This document shows, one piece after another, positions 31,105-41,165 of a DNA stretch of 64,000 nucleotides. The notes beneath the pieces were generated by a model, which was given only the letters and a program-made list of their open reading frames with translations, searched no databases and had not been told where the DNA came from. Positions within the stretch are counted from its first letter, which is position 1. Every line of letters begins with the position of its first letter. The translations under genes and the position numbers were made by a program. The DNA lies in the IMG/VR virus record IMGVR_UViG_3300025765_000001; one strand, given 5' to 3'. The stretch is from a virus. Lineage: Duplodnaviria > Heunggongvirae > Uroviricota > Caudoviricetes.

Positions 31105-31458
31105 TCATTTCAGTGGTGCGAAGTATTCGGCGATCACCCGTTCGGGAATGTCACACTCAACGCCGCCTTCTTCGGGGTCGTGCCGGATGCCAACGAACAC
31201 CGCTACGCCCTTGATGTAGTCACCAGTGACGGCAAACCGCCGCTTCATTGCAGCCAGCATTGTCTCTGTCACTCTCGTGGCCTCCTCGTTGTACGGCAGG
31301 CCCTTCGCAATGCCGTCCTCATCGACGTAGAGGGTGAAATCCTCGCCGACCGGCACAGCCTCCAAATAGCCGCCGCCTAGAGCAGCCTTGATGCCATTCC
31401 AGCCATCTACTTCCTGTAACACAGCCCGTTCGCCGGGTCGAATGACGATTGCCTTCAT
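31105..31458 (-). CDS. DUF3846-like protein
   Basis: LGGGYLEAV, YVDEDG...LPYN..AT, DYIKGVAVFVG. Confidence 0.75.
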   Translation of the reverse strand: MKAIVIRPGERAVLQEVDGWNGIKAALGGGYLEAVPVGEDFTLYVDEDGIAKGLPYNEEATRVTETMLAAMKRRFAVTGDYIKGVAVFVGIRHDPEEGGVECDIPERVIAEYFAPLK

Positions 31459-31826
31459 TGCTTTCTCCGCTTGGGGTTGGGGTCGAAGACCTGAAAGAGC
31501 GAGGGATCGACAGGCCCCTCTTGCTCAGTAATGACCATCGGAAGATGCCATTCTTGTGAACTAGCTCATCACGGTCGCCCTGGCTGTCATAGTAGAACAG
31601 CCGCCGCCCGTTAGCCAGATGACCGTTTACGTTCATGACAAACCAACTCGGCTGCGTTGGTGACAGTTTTATATTGGTCCCAGGGACCAAGATCACGAAT
31701 CACCAGCACTTCGGGCGTGCTTTCCTCGGCCACGATTTCATTTCTTCCTCCTACAGTTCCAGGGCAGACTGGACGTTGCCACGCACTTCTTCACGCCATT
31801 CGTTCTTCCGCTCTTCCTTGGCTTCG

Positions 31827-31894
31827 TCGTCCTCGTTCTCCTCCCCGCCGTCCTCGTTCTCCTCCCCGCCGTCCTCGTTCTCCTCCCCGCCGTC
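31827..31894. repeat. 21-bp tandem repeat encoding DGGEENE
   Basis: CGTCCTCGTTCTCCTCCCCGC three times. Confidence 0.85.
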
Positions 31895-31991
31895 CTTCTC
31901 GAAGTCGTCAACATCGACGCCCTCTAACTCGTCAGCCCAAGACTCACACTGCTGACAAAGCTGGTAGCATTGCGTTTTAGCAGCCAAGCAA

Positions 31992-32016
31992 AGGCCCGCC
32001 CGCAAGGGCGGGCCTT
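31992..32016 (-). terminator. Hairpin after helicase N-half
   Basis: AGGCCCGCCC-GCAA-GGGCGGGCCT. Confidence 0.65.
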
Positions 32017-32023
32017 GTAGTTT

Positions 32024-33247
32024 TTAACGGTTACTCAGACGTTCCAAAAGCAAAAGCTGGCAGGCGTTGAAGTCCTGGCTCTCGTCGGTGCAAACCAGAT
32101 CAAACTTGGGGAACGGCAGATCGAGCAGGAGCGACAGGTAGAGCATGTCGTCAAACTCGATGTCCGTGACCTGATCTCCAGGGTACGGGACGCAGCCCAG
32201 CACAACCCGGATCGTGTAATCGATCACCGCCGCTCGCACTTCAGCCGGGTTCGTGGCGTCGAAGGACTTGGGCATTTCCTCATCCTTCAAGTCATCGAAT
32301 TCCGGGTCTTCGACTTCGTACTCATCGTACAGAGAGTCGATGAACTGTACCTGGGCATCGCTGAACTGCCAGCCCTGGCCCTCGACGTACTTGGGAAACA
32401 CCGCCCAATTCTTGACGTAGCTCACCATCTCGATGACGGTGCTGGAGATGCGGTACTCGCCGATCTTGCGGACGGCCTTGAAATTCGGCCCGCTGTAGTC
32501 CAAGCCCAGATCATCGCACAGGCATTGTGTGAACAGTTCCCGATTGAATTCTAGTTGGTCACGAGGTTTATACCCCTGCCGGTTGAGGGCAGTGAACCGC
32601 TTCTTGAGAGCCGTGAAGCAGAACGAGTGGGTCGTGCGGGCCGGAACCCCGGTGCCCTGGAGCTTCTGCGAAAGCTCTTCCTGAATCTCCTTGTTGAATG
32701 CAAGGTAGATGGCGTTCAGGCCACGGAGCAGCCCTCGCTTCTTCAGTTCACGAATGAGCCATACCAGCGTAGAAGTCTTGCCGCAGCCCGCCAGGGCACG
32801 GATCAGCAGGTGGTCGCCCAACTGCGGATGGCCGCTCTCCAAGAGAGCGTCCAGAATCATCTGCTGGTACTCGTTGGCCTTGAAATCCTGGGCCACGGCC
32901 ACAGGTGCAGGCGGCACCCAGCCGGGCTTGAGGGGCCACTGGACGGAGATATGGTAGACCTCGCCGGATGGGAAGAGCTTCTCCCGCTCTTCCGACGTGA
33001 GGTTGTCCTTCGACTTATAGGCGATCTGTGTGCCCGCCTTGAAGCGGGTGTGGGTGTGCATGTCGTAGCCATCGAACTTCGACGCCATGACCCGCATGTT
33101 GCAGACTAGGACACCACCAGGGATTTCCTTGTCACAAATCAGAGCATCGACCCCGCCATTGGCAGGCTTGGCGGTCGTGGTCGGCACGCTAATTGCCGGA
33201 CGGGAAGGGGTGCGGGGCGTCGGACGGTTGCGGTTGAAGCCAGCCAT
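32024..33247 (-). CDS. UvrD/Rep SF1 helicase, N-terminal half (motifs Q, I, Ia, II)
   Basis: NEYQ, ALAGCGKTS, LAFNK, TTHSF, FDDML, DESQD. Confidence 0.85.
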   Translation of the reverse strand: MAGFNRNRPTPRTPSRPAISVPTTTAKPANGGVDALICDKEIPGGVLVCNMRVMASKFDGYDMHTHTRFKAGTQIAYKSKDNLTSEEREKLFPSGEVYHISVQWPLKPGWVPPAPVAVAQDFKANEYQQMILDALLESGHPQLGDHLLIRALAGCGKTSTLVWLIRELKKRGLLRGLNAIYLAFNKEIQEELSQKLQGTGVPARTTHSFCFTALKKRFTALNRQGYKPRDQLEFNRELFTQCLCDDLGLDYSGPNFKAVRKIGEYRISSTVIEMVSYVKNWAVFPKYVEGQGWQFSDAQVQFIDSLYDEYEVEDPEFDDLKDEEMPKSFDATNPAEVRAAVIDYTIRVVLGCVPYPGDQVTDIEFDDMLYLSLLLDLPFPKFDLVCTDESQDFNACQLLLLERLSNR

Positions 33248-33293
33248 TGGTCAAGTCCCTCGTGCGATGAATGATGTCACAGCCTCACCACCC

Positions 33294-33321
33294 ATTATAA
33301 GCGTAGCATCACCGATGTCAA
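33294..33321 (-). promoter_or_regulatory. Promoter TTGACA-N16-TATAAT for helicase N-half
   Basis: Consensus hexamers. Confidence 0.8.
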
Positions 33322-33808
33322 GCGGGTTTACACCGATTTTTTGGTCAGATGGCAAATTTATTTTGGCCTTGCTCGATCTGGCCTGCCCGCAAGGGATTGC
33401 GGCAAGAGAGATTGTCCGCTGTATGTGGAAGGCAGCAACAACCTCTGCCTTGTCTGCCGGGCCAAACATATTTGTCGGAAATGGGGGCGGAATGAATGAG
33501 CGATGTAGAGACTGGAAGAAGCACAAGAGATGAAGGCATTACCAGTATGTTGAAATAAAATAACGAAACAAGAATTCTTGGATTGGGCCGTTTCTACGAC
33601 CAACTACACTGCAAACACGGCCCACTAGATGTGGGTGTTACCGTAGACAGCACCGACCAGAAAAAGTACGAAGGGGTGACTAAGTGCCTTTTGAAATTTT
33701 GCAGGGACTACAATACGAATGCGGAAAAAGCTGCCGAGTTTGCTTTGAAAGCAATTAGACTAGCAGGTATAAAGTAACACCTGGCATGATCGAATACCGG
33801 GCGTTTGG

Positions 33809-34411
33809 TTACATTTCCCTGATCGCTGTTTCTAGCCGTTTGTCGGCCTGGGCTTCTAGTTCCCTGATTCTGTCCCGTAGCTGCTTGTTCTCGGCTACTA
33901 GCTCCTCGGTTCGCTGGTGTGAGGCTATAAGCGTTTGGTAGGCTTCCTCGAAGCCTTCTTGCAATGCTTCCTCGGCTTCTAGCCGCATCTCCCGTAGTTG
34001 CTCGGTATGAGCAGACAACAGGTTTTCGATTCTGCTGAACCAGCGTCTAGCATCGTCAATCATCTCGGCCTGCAACAGCAGATAGCGGTCACGCCAAATA
34101 TCGGTTCCAGCACGCTTCTTGCCAGCCGCTAGAGCCGGGTCACACCCAGCACCCATGAAGAACCCATGCGGGCGACTGCTTCCCGACCGACCACGAGCGA
34201 AAGTAGTGGGCGACACTATGTTGGTTATTGCTTCCTTATTAAAGGAGGCGGGGTTGTAGTTTTTTGGCATATCCTCACAAGGGCCTGAGTAGGCCCCTGG
34301 ATGACAAGCCTCTCCTGAATAAGCATGAGCCACTGGTTGCTTGCAACATTCGTTCTTGGGCAGAGCTTCGTCTACCCTGGAGCATTTGGATTTGTTTTTT
34401 TGCTTCATCAT
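33809..34411 (-). CDS. Hypothetical protein with coiled-coil C-terminus
   Basis: 200-aa ORF coupled to 34408..34599. Confidence 0.6.
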   Translation of the reverse strand: MMKQKNKSKCSRVDEALPKNECCKQPVAHAYSGEACHPGAYSGPCEDMPKNYNPASFNKEAITNIVSPTTFARGRSGSSRPHGFFMGAGCDPALAAGKKRAGTDIWRDRYLLLQAEMIDDARRWFSRIENLLSAHTEQLREMRLEAEEALQEGFEEAYQTLIASHQRTEELVAENKQLRDRIRELEAQADKRLETAIREM

Positions 34412-34658
34412 TTTCCTTGTTTGATGTTTATTTCTTCTACGACTTCAAGTACCCGTACCTTCACTATGTTCATCTTGTTGGACTCTGCGATCTCTCTGGC
34501 AATCTTCTTTGTCTTGGCTAGATCGTCGTTTCCCCAAGCTGTGTTGTGCCACTGGCCCACGTTTGAATCGGGTTCGGTCAATCTGAAAATCTGAATCATT
34601 CACACATAATATAGTAAGCGATTGCCGAAAACTAGAGCAACTCGAACTAAATAACAAC

Positions 34659-35375
34659 ATGACCTGGGATGCGAGAATACTTTGCGAAACCCGCCGTCTA
34701 GCTGGCTTAACGGACGCTATCGACCTTCGTGATCCACGAGGCTTTACGTCCCGCCATCTATACGAGCAACTGATGCGGCTCGATGAAATGTCGCTGGCCG
34801 CTACCAACACCACGGTCCTAGGAGGACCGCCGAAGCACGCTGGTCTCATCAGAAAAGCAACAAGTGCCTTTGACTGGATTCACAGGAACAGCATCCACGC
34901 CGTCATCATCGGCGGTGCCGCAGTGGTCAACTACCTGGACGGCGGCAGAGACCTAACCCCCGATATAGACTTCCTTGTGCCCGAAGTACGTTCGGTGATA
35001 GAGAAACTGAACCACGACGGCATCAAGTGGCAACAACTGCATGGCGAGGAAGGTGTGTTTTCAGGTGTTCAAGTCATGGCCTTCGATGCCGATTTCCTAG
35101 ACGGCAGTTACGGCAACCGAGTCCTCAATAACTACATCCTCTCCACGGCCATCTCGCAAATGGTCGGCGGTCAACAGTTCCCAATGATCGAGCCGCACGT
35201 TCTGGTCGTGCAGAAGTTCAGCAACCGCCGAGACAAGGACGACAACGACGCTTTCAAGCTGCTCGCCAAGCCGGGCCTGCTCAACAAGGCCGCTTTCAAG
35301 AAGGTTCTCCGTGATCTTCGGGGAGCCGTAGCTGTTGATGAAATAAAGGATTACATTCACATGATTACCGGGTGA
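34659..35375 (+). CDS. Pol-beta-superfamily nucleotidyltransferase-like protein
   Basis: IIGGAAV...R.TPDIDFLV, K...RRDKD..D; CTAAATA upstream. Confidence 0.7.
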   Translation: MTWDARILCETRRLAGLTDAIDLRDPRGFTSRHLYEQLMRLDEMSLAATNTTVLGGPPKHAGLIRKATSAFDWIHRNSIHAVIIGGAAVVNYLDGGRDLTPDIDFLVPEVRSVIEKLNHDGIKWQQLHGEEGVFSGVQVMAFDADFLDGSYGNRVLNNYILSTAISQMVGGQQFPMIEPHVLVVQKFSNRRDKDDNDAFKLLAKPGLLNKAAFKKVLRDLRGAVAVDEIKDYIHMITG

Positions 35376-35794
35376 CAAAGAGCCTGCCGGTGCCCATAAT
35401 GGACCTGGATTCTGTGAATCCCCTTGCTCTTGGACAATTCGGAAAGCGACAACGTAGAAGATCGCTACTTCATGAATAGCAATCCCTTTTTCAAGGGAGC
35501 CAAAATAGAAGGGAAGGGTTCGTGGCATTCTTAACTGATATTCAAGAGGAACAAAGTAGAAGAATTTCAGATTGAGCGGCACGGCGGCATAGCAATTGCC
35601 AAAATAGGAGAGTCAACATGAAAGCTGGCGAGATGAAGCAGGGATTGTAGCCATCGAGCAAGACAAAATACAAATCAGGCGTTTCGTGAACTCGGTTTTG
35701 AGAGCATCCCAAGCCAACTTTACATCCGAACCCCTGGTCGCTACAATACGACCATCGGCGTTGCCCAACTCACCTTGTCAAAAAGGCGTTACTC

Positions 35795-36392
35795 ATGCAC
35801 ATGCACTTTCAAGTTCGGGCGTCCGGTAAGTGGCTGTTTCCGAAGTTCTTTCAGTGCCTCTTCGACGCCAAAGGAACCGCCCTTGAAGGCAAACCTGAGC
35901 AAGTCGTGCCCATGTTCGACCACTGTGTTGATACGCTCCAAGACCTCAAACAGACCCAGAATCAGCACGTCAACAAGCTCATGAATCTCTTCTGGATGCT
36001 TGTCGATAACAAGGTCACGCCCGCCGCTCTCATGGAACCCGAAGGCATTAAAAGTCTTTTCATGGCCTTAAGGGACGTGCGGCATCCATTTCTGGGCAGA
36101 AATCAAACCAGACCTCTACATGCAAATGGACGGTCTAGTTTTCAACGCCTCCGCTGCCGCCGACTTCGCAAACAACCAGCTAGGCAAATATACCCCGCTG
36201 CGGAACACCGCATACGAGGCCGAATTCCTCCTCTACATGCTCAGCAAACCCAAGGCGGGGTTTCAGCCTAACGTCTGGCAAACCGAAACCCTCAACCGGA
36301 TGCCCAAGGGACTAGACTCCCTGCCCGCTGAGGCTAGATATAAACTACGCCCGTTCCAAGAACACGACTTCGATCAATACTACAAGGGGTAA
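35795..36392 (+). pseudogene. Hypothetical gene with frameshift near 36090-36120
   Basis: Protein-like ORFs 35795.. and 36120..36392 overlap in different frames. Confidence 0.45.
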
Positions 36393-36394
36393 TC

Positions 36395-36634
36395 ATGATC
36401 CGCATCGCTTTCCGAAAAGACAAATTCTTGATTTTTCTCGGAGCCGACGACGAAGCCGAGTTGCACCAGACGGCAACGCTCGAAGGGGCCATCGTCCACG
36501 CCGCCAGGGAATGCGTTGTCATCGGACAGCGACTCGGCAAACCCAAGGCTATCCCACTCGTTATCGACCCCAGCGTGGCTAAACACTTCGCCACTCAGGG
36601 CTTCGACGGCGACCCCACGTTCAAAGATAAGTGA
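36395..36634 (+). CDS. Hypothetical protein
   Basis: 79-aa ORF with AAGGGG RBS. Confidence 0.6.
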   Translation: MIRIAFRKDKFLIFLGADDEAELHQTATLEGAIVHAARECVVIGQRLGKPKAIPLVIDPSVAKHFATQGFDGDPTFKDK

Positions 36635-36988
36635 AGCATGAGCGAGTGGCGACTACACCACTGAGATTAGAATAGACAACTATACGCCTCCACCAGAACA
36701 TATCGCCTGAGCACGATCAATGATCGCCATGATGAAGGACGGAGGCGTTTGGGTTGCCTCTGTTTCTCAATAAACCTACGTCTTCAAGAAGAGCATCAAC
36801 CAACTCTAGTTGATCCAGGGGTCGGACGATGAAGTAGCTAAAGACGTATTCGAGAAGAACAAAATCTTGTTTGGACAGTTGGGCTACAAAGTGCTAGATA
36901 AGCAGCATGAGTCCAACTGAAAATTCGAGATTTTGGATTTTCAGAAAAAGAGTAATCGTGACCTGACGACTTTAACGGAGACTCGCAC

Positions 36989-37195
36989 ATGGAAGGGGAT
37001 AGGACTACCTTCTTCTGTCTCGACTGTGGATACGAGAACAAGTACACTGTCGAGCAACTCATCGGGCGACTGCCGCTCACCTGCAAAAACTGCAAATCCA
37101 TCAACGTCCAGAGAGATTCTCACGCTCGCCACAAAAAAGATTGGCAACGAAAAGCCATTTCTGATATAAAATTGGCGAAACGCCATTGCCCATGA
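36989..37195 (+). CDS. Small Zn-ribbon protein
   Basis: CLDC and CKNC; GGAG RBS. Confidence 0.55.
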   Translation: MEGDRTTFFCLDCGYENKYTVEQLIGRLPLTCKNCKSINVQRDSHARHKKDWQRKAISDIKLAKRHCP

Positions 37196-37406
37196 AAGGA
37201 GTCTCACGATGTCTGACTGGCTAATCGGAGTCCTGGTGTTCGTGGTGATCGCTGCCCTCATCATCTGGCTGCTCCCCACTTGGCTGTTCAAGTGGATCGG
37301 CATGGGCGTCGTCGCCATGTTTGTCCTGGGAGTCATCGCCAAGAAACGTATGAGCTAGAACGCCCACCCGCCATCAAAAACACGCCCACGACGTGGGCGT
37401 GTTAAT

Positions 37407-38021
37407 GTGAGTTCAAGCATGATCATAAAACTGTTGGAAGGACTGCCTCAACAAACAGTCCTCAAAATTGTTGTCATCAAGAAGAACGACCCCAAAGCCG
37501 TTCCCGCCCCCGGTGTCAACGATAGTGATGGTCTCGGTATCGTAAAAGAAGAATGGGACACACTCTACAAACTGTCCCAGGATTCTAGCTACCGTCATGT
37601 ACTCACGCTTTGCTCTCGCCCTGGTTCTAGCTACTTCGCTCGCTACCTGGAGTTGACCTACTTCCATCCAGATAAGCCAGAACTGAACAACCTGTTCGAC
37701 CAGAGATTTTTCAGGTGGAATGATCTCCACTTTACCATCTTAACTGTGCCAGCATCTTTCGATCACGTCCTGCACGAGACAGCCACGGTTGTTGGTGTGC
37801 GGTTGGTAGATCGAGCTTTACCAGTTCTCATCGGCGGCGGCAAAATCGAACGCCTCCCGCTACATGACTCCTATCTCTACACAATGGAAAACGCACCTGG
37901 ACATATGGTCTATACCCAGGGGTGGGAGAAGGCACACGAACAAGAAAACAAAGATGTGCAGACCATCGAGAACAAGAAGCTGACGCCGCACCATACAGTG
38001 CAGGGAGGCGATACCAAATGA
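37407..38021 (+). CDS. Hypothetical protein
   Basis: 204-aa ORF. Confidence 0.65.
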   Translation: MSSSMIIKLLEGLPQQTVLKIVVIKKNDPKAVPAPGVNDSDGLGIVKEEWDTLYKLSQDSSYRHVLTLCSRPGSSYFARYLELTYFHPDKPELNNLFDQRFFRWNDLHFTILTVPASFDHVLHETATVVGVRLVDRALPVLIGGGKIERLPLHDSYLYTMENAPGHMVYTQGWEKAHEQENKDVQTIENKKLTPHHTVQGGDTK

Positions 38022-38422
38022 GCCAACAACTATATATCCACGACAAGATCAGGGTTGACTTCCAGCGTGACGATACCTTCATGAAACGGCTCGCCTACGT
38101 CATGAAGGGCGAACTTCGGAAACACCAGCCGCAAGCCTATAAGGGCTGGGGCAAAAAAGAAACACCGCTCAGCAAGAAATTTATCTTCTGGGACGGCAAG
38201 CAATTCGTCTGTCTCAACGATGTCAAGAGCCTCACTGCCACAGCACAACTTGAGGCCACGCCCGATCTGACAGAACCCACTCAGCTATACTATAAGGGGC
38301 CTTATGGCAGCCCCATCAAAGAACTGTTCACCAAGCCGGTTCCCAAAGCTCAACGCCGTGGCAAATTACTGGTGCGTCATGCCCGAAGCGTTGAAGGAAA
38401 AACTCAAGAAACAGAAAAATAG
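38018..38422 (+). CDS. Hypothetical protein (start MSQQLY)
   Basis: ATGA coupling, GGAGG RBS. Confidence 0.65.
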   Translation: MSQQLYIHDKIRVDFQRDDTFMKRLAYVMKGELRKHQPQAYKGWGKKETPLSKKFIFWDGKQFVCLNDVKSLTATAQLEATPDLTEPTQLYYKGPYGSPIKELFTKPVPKAQRRGKLLVRHARSVEGKTQETEK

Positions 38423-38620
38423 AAGGAGGCACACCCAAACGTCGAACGGTGCCAACTATCCAAGACCTTCATCAACAAGCAAGAACGAGAAGAACAAATT
38501 CGCCTACGTACCTACCTGCTCTCGGAGTCGATAGGACACCCAAAAGGATACGCTGATGCCTTTTGGAGACTCGCAGAACTAGAATGGTAATCCCACCATC
38601 CAGATGTAAGGAACCCCCGT

Positions 38621-38938
38621 ATGTTGTATGTTGAAGATGCCATCCATGAACTCGTCAAAATCGGCTTCACCCTGAACGATGCTGAGGCAGCACGGAAAAC
38701 TGTGGCTACGCAAGAGCCTAAGTTTGTCCACTATCGCTTGCTGTACCTCACCAAAGGCGGGTCCGTCGAGAAATGGCATCGGGTCGAAAAAGCCTTCCAG
38801 CAGGGGTTCCTCCGTATGCACCACGCCGCCATCCGGCATCAGCGTGACCACGACACAAAAACCTGCCCCATGTGCAAAGCAGAACGTGATCGTCTCAATG
38901 AGTGCCATAATGCGACCCTCGAAAAGAAGCAGGCTTAA
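38621..38938 (+). CDS. Hypothetical protein
   Basis: 105-aa ORF, AAGGA RBS. Confidence 0.6.
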   Translation: MLYVEDAIHELVKIGFTLNDAEAARKTVATQEPKFVHYRLLYLTKGGSVEKWHRVEKAFQQGFLRMHHAAIRHQRDHDTKTCPMCKAERDRLNECHNATLEKKQA

Positions 38939-39240
38939 TAACCTATACGAACAGTGGGATTTTTTTCAAACACTCTCTATCGAGGATGGTTGTGAAATAG
39001 GTGCAATAACCAGACCCAGATGACATCATTGTTGTAGAAGAGATACCAGAACCGGCCCCCGCCTTCGCCCAACACTACGATGTCCTCTACGACGGCAAGA
39101 AAATCGGCAAAGTAAATGGAGCCGAATACAAGGACACAAAAAGCCTACGCCCTCGCCCAACAACACGGAGAGACAGCTAATCTCTCAAAAGTCCGCCTCA
39201 ACCAAGATAAGAAATCGGCAGCAGGTATACCCGACTACTG

Positions 39241-40164
39241 GTGATAACAATGAATGAAATCACCGTCCGAGACAAGATGCAACCAGACATCAAGACGATG
39301 TTTTATAACTACGTCGCTGGCGTCATCGACCAGGAAGGCGTCTACCCCTACCCCGCTATGTGGCACACCGTTGACCCCAATCTACTCAAAGACGGCTGCC
39401 CACCAGAAGAAGCCCTACGCCTCAACGTCGCCGCCCTCGACCTAAAACCCCACCAAGTTGTCCTCCACCTACTCAAACAACGCCTCGAAAGTGCCACGGA
39501 ACTCATCTATGGCATCGATCGCACCACCAAGGAAGGCCAAGGCACTACCCTCTCCGATGTACTAACCTGTGGCTATTGGTCCCAAACTACAGGTTGGCAA
39601 ATCGGCGTCATTGAATACAACGTCTCCAACCAGGGCAAAACCGTCCTCCCCTGGAACTGGAATAATCAGTTCTGGACGGAACTCGTCATGCAGGAAATCG
39701 AACATTATGAGCGGACAGTCAAAACACTTTCTCTCAAACTCGCTCACGCCAAAGCCATTCAGCGACAAGAACTTAACCGCCCTCTACTCGACCCACCTAC
39801 CCTCGAAAGGTATGAGGCCAAATTCCAGGCCGATCTCCAAGAAAATCCACCGGAACAAACAGCACCGCCGTACCTAAACCTTCGTGACATATACTTCGCT
39901 GGGTACTGGCTCGCAGATCGCCTAACAGAACTCAACGCCCCACAACACGAAATCTATGACGCCTGCCAAGTGCAAGGCCAACGCTCGTTTCTGTTTAACC
40001 CCTGGAAAGCCGCCCAGCTTGTCCTCGATAACTACAAGAAAGGAGTTAAAGAAACGCCCGGAGAACAACTCGCCCAACAAATCATGCTCGAAGAGATAAT
40101 CAGCCTCGATGACCTTAACCCCACCCAGGCTATCCGTTTTAACCTACGTGACCTAGACTCGTAA
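39241..40164 (+). CDS. Hypothetical protein
   Basis: 307-aa ORF. Confidence 0.7.
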   Translation: MITMNEITVRDKMQPDIKTMFYNYVAGVIDQEGVYPYPAMWHTVDPNLLKDGCPPEEALRLNVAALDLKPHQVVLHLLKQRLESATELIYGIDRTTKEGQGTTLSDVLTCGYWSQTTGWQIGVIEYNVSNQGKTVLPWNWNNQFWTELVMQEIEHYERTVKTLSLKLAHAKAIQRQELNRPLLDPPTLERYEAKFQADLQENPPEQTAPPYLNLRDIYFAGYWLADRLTELNAPQHEIYDACQVQGQRSFLFNPWKAAQLVLDNYKKGVKETPGEQLAQQIMLEEIISLDDLNPTQAIRFNLRDLDS

Positions 40165-40202
40165 CCAATGGAAGGTTCCCGTCAGAAAGCGAGCGTACCG
40201 AG

Positions 40203-40604
40203 ATGCTCTTCACAGTGCCCCACACGAAAATGGATCAGGTAGCTTCCTACCTGATCGGCCTCGCCAGGAAATACCCCTGGCGAGCTACCAAAGAGCCAGT
40301 ACACCCCCGACACCGCTGCTCCCTACACCTGGGAAAGATCACCCTCACCCTCCAGTTCATGCTGGTCCAATACGGCGTGAGGAAGTTCTATTCCCTCAAG
40401 ATCATCTCCAGGGACCATATCCCGCCCCAAGACGATCTCTGTAACTACGTCAAAGGATACTTCTTCAAAGACCACCCCGAAGATGTATCCGAGATAAAGA
40501 GCAGCCACGCCTACATCCGTACCTTCATCAACGAAGAATTGAACTGCGACCACCAATGCGATACCTACCCATCAAAACACGCCTGCCAGGATGTTTCCCT
40601 CTGA
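40203..40604 (+). CDS. Hypothetical protein
   Basis: 133-aa ORF; hairpin at 40670-40700. Confidence 0.55.
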   Translation: MLFTVPHTKMDQVASYLIGLARKYPWRATKEPVHPRHRCSLHLGKITLTLQFMLVQYGVRKFYSLKIISRDHIPPQDDLCNYVKGYFFKDHPEDVSEIKSSHAYIRTFINEELNCDHQCDTYPSKHACQDVSL

Positions 40605-40792
40605 CCTAGGAACATCCTACAGGATGTATCCTCCCACATAGGAGCATCCTGTACTGCAACGAGCCAATAAGAACGCCCTGGCCGTAGGCCAGGGCGTTCT
40701 AGTTTCTGTGTCCTACATCAATCGCTCACCCGTCCTAAACGCCCCACGAGCCGCCTTGTACTTGCGATCCAATGCCTCTAACTTTAGCCAGT

Positions 40793-41165
40793 CTACGTTC
40801 GTCTGCGAACCACACATTGTACCGCCCTCCAAAACAACTCAAGCATTCGTGAACAATCCAATATCTTCTTTAACACCGCATCCCTGTCATAGCCAGCCTC
40901 ACGCAACGATAACAACGAAGAGGCACCATCCCGCTTCGACAACGGCTTGCCGTGTTGATGGCAAGAAACTAATGTCACACTCACGTACTAAACCTATCTC
41001 CTCTAACAACCGATACAATATGACCTGCTTGCCAGTGTTGCTCATGTGATCCGTACCCCTGATTATTAAATTGACTCCCTCATCATAGTCATCCGTAACC
41101 CGGATCGCCCCTTTCCCTACAGGCGACTTCCACATAGGGCGTCCGACCCGCCTACAACTTTGCAT
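40793..41165 (-). pseudogene. Glutamyl-tRNA synthetase / GluQ-like relic
   Basis: DDYDEGVNLIIRGTDHMSNTGKQVILY in one frame, GKPLSKRDGA..L..LREAGY (KMSKS-type) in another. Confidence 0.65.
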
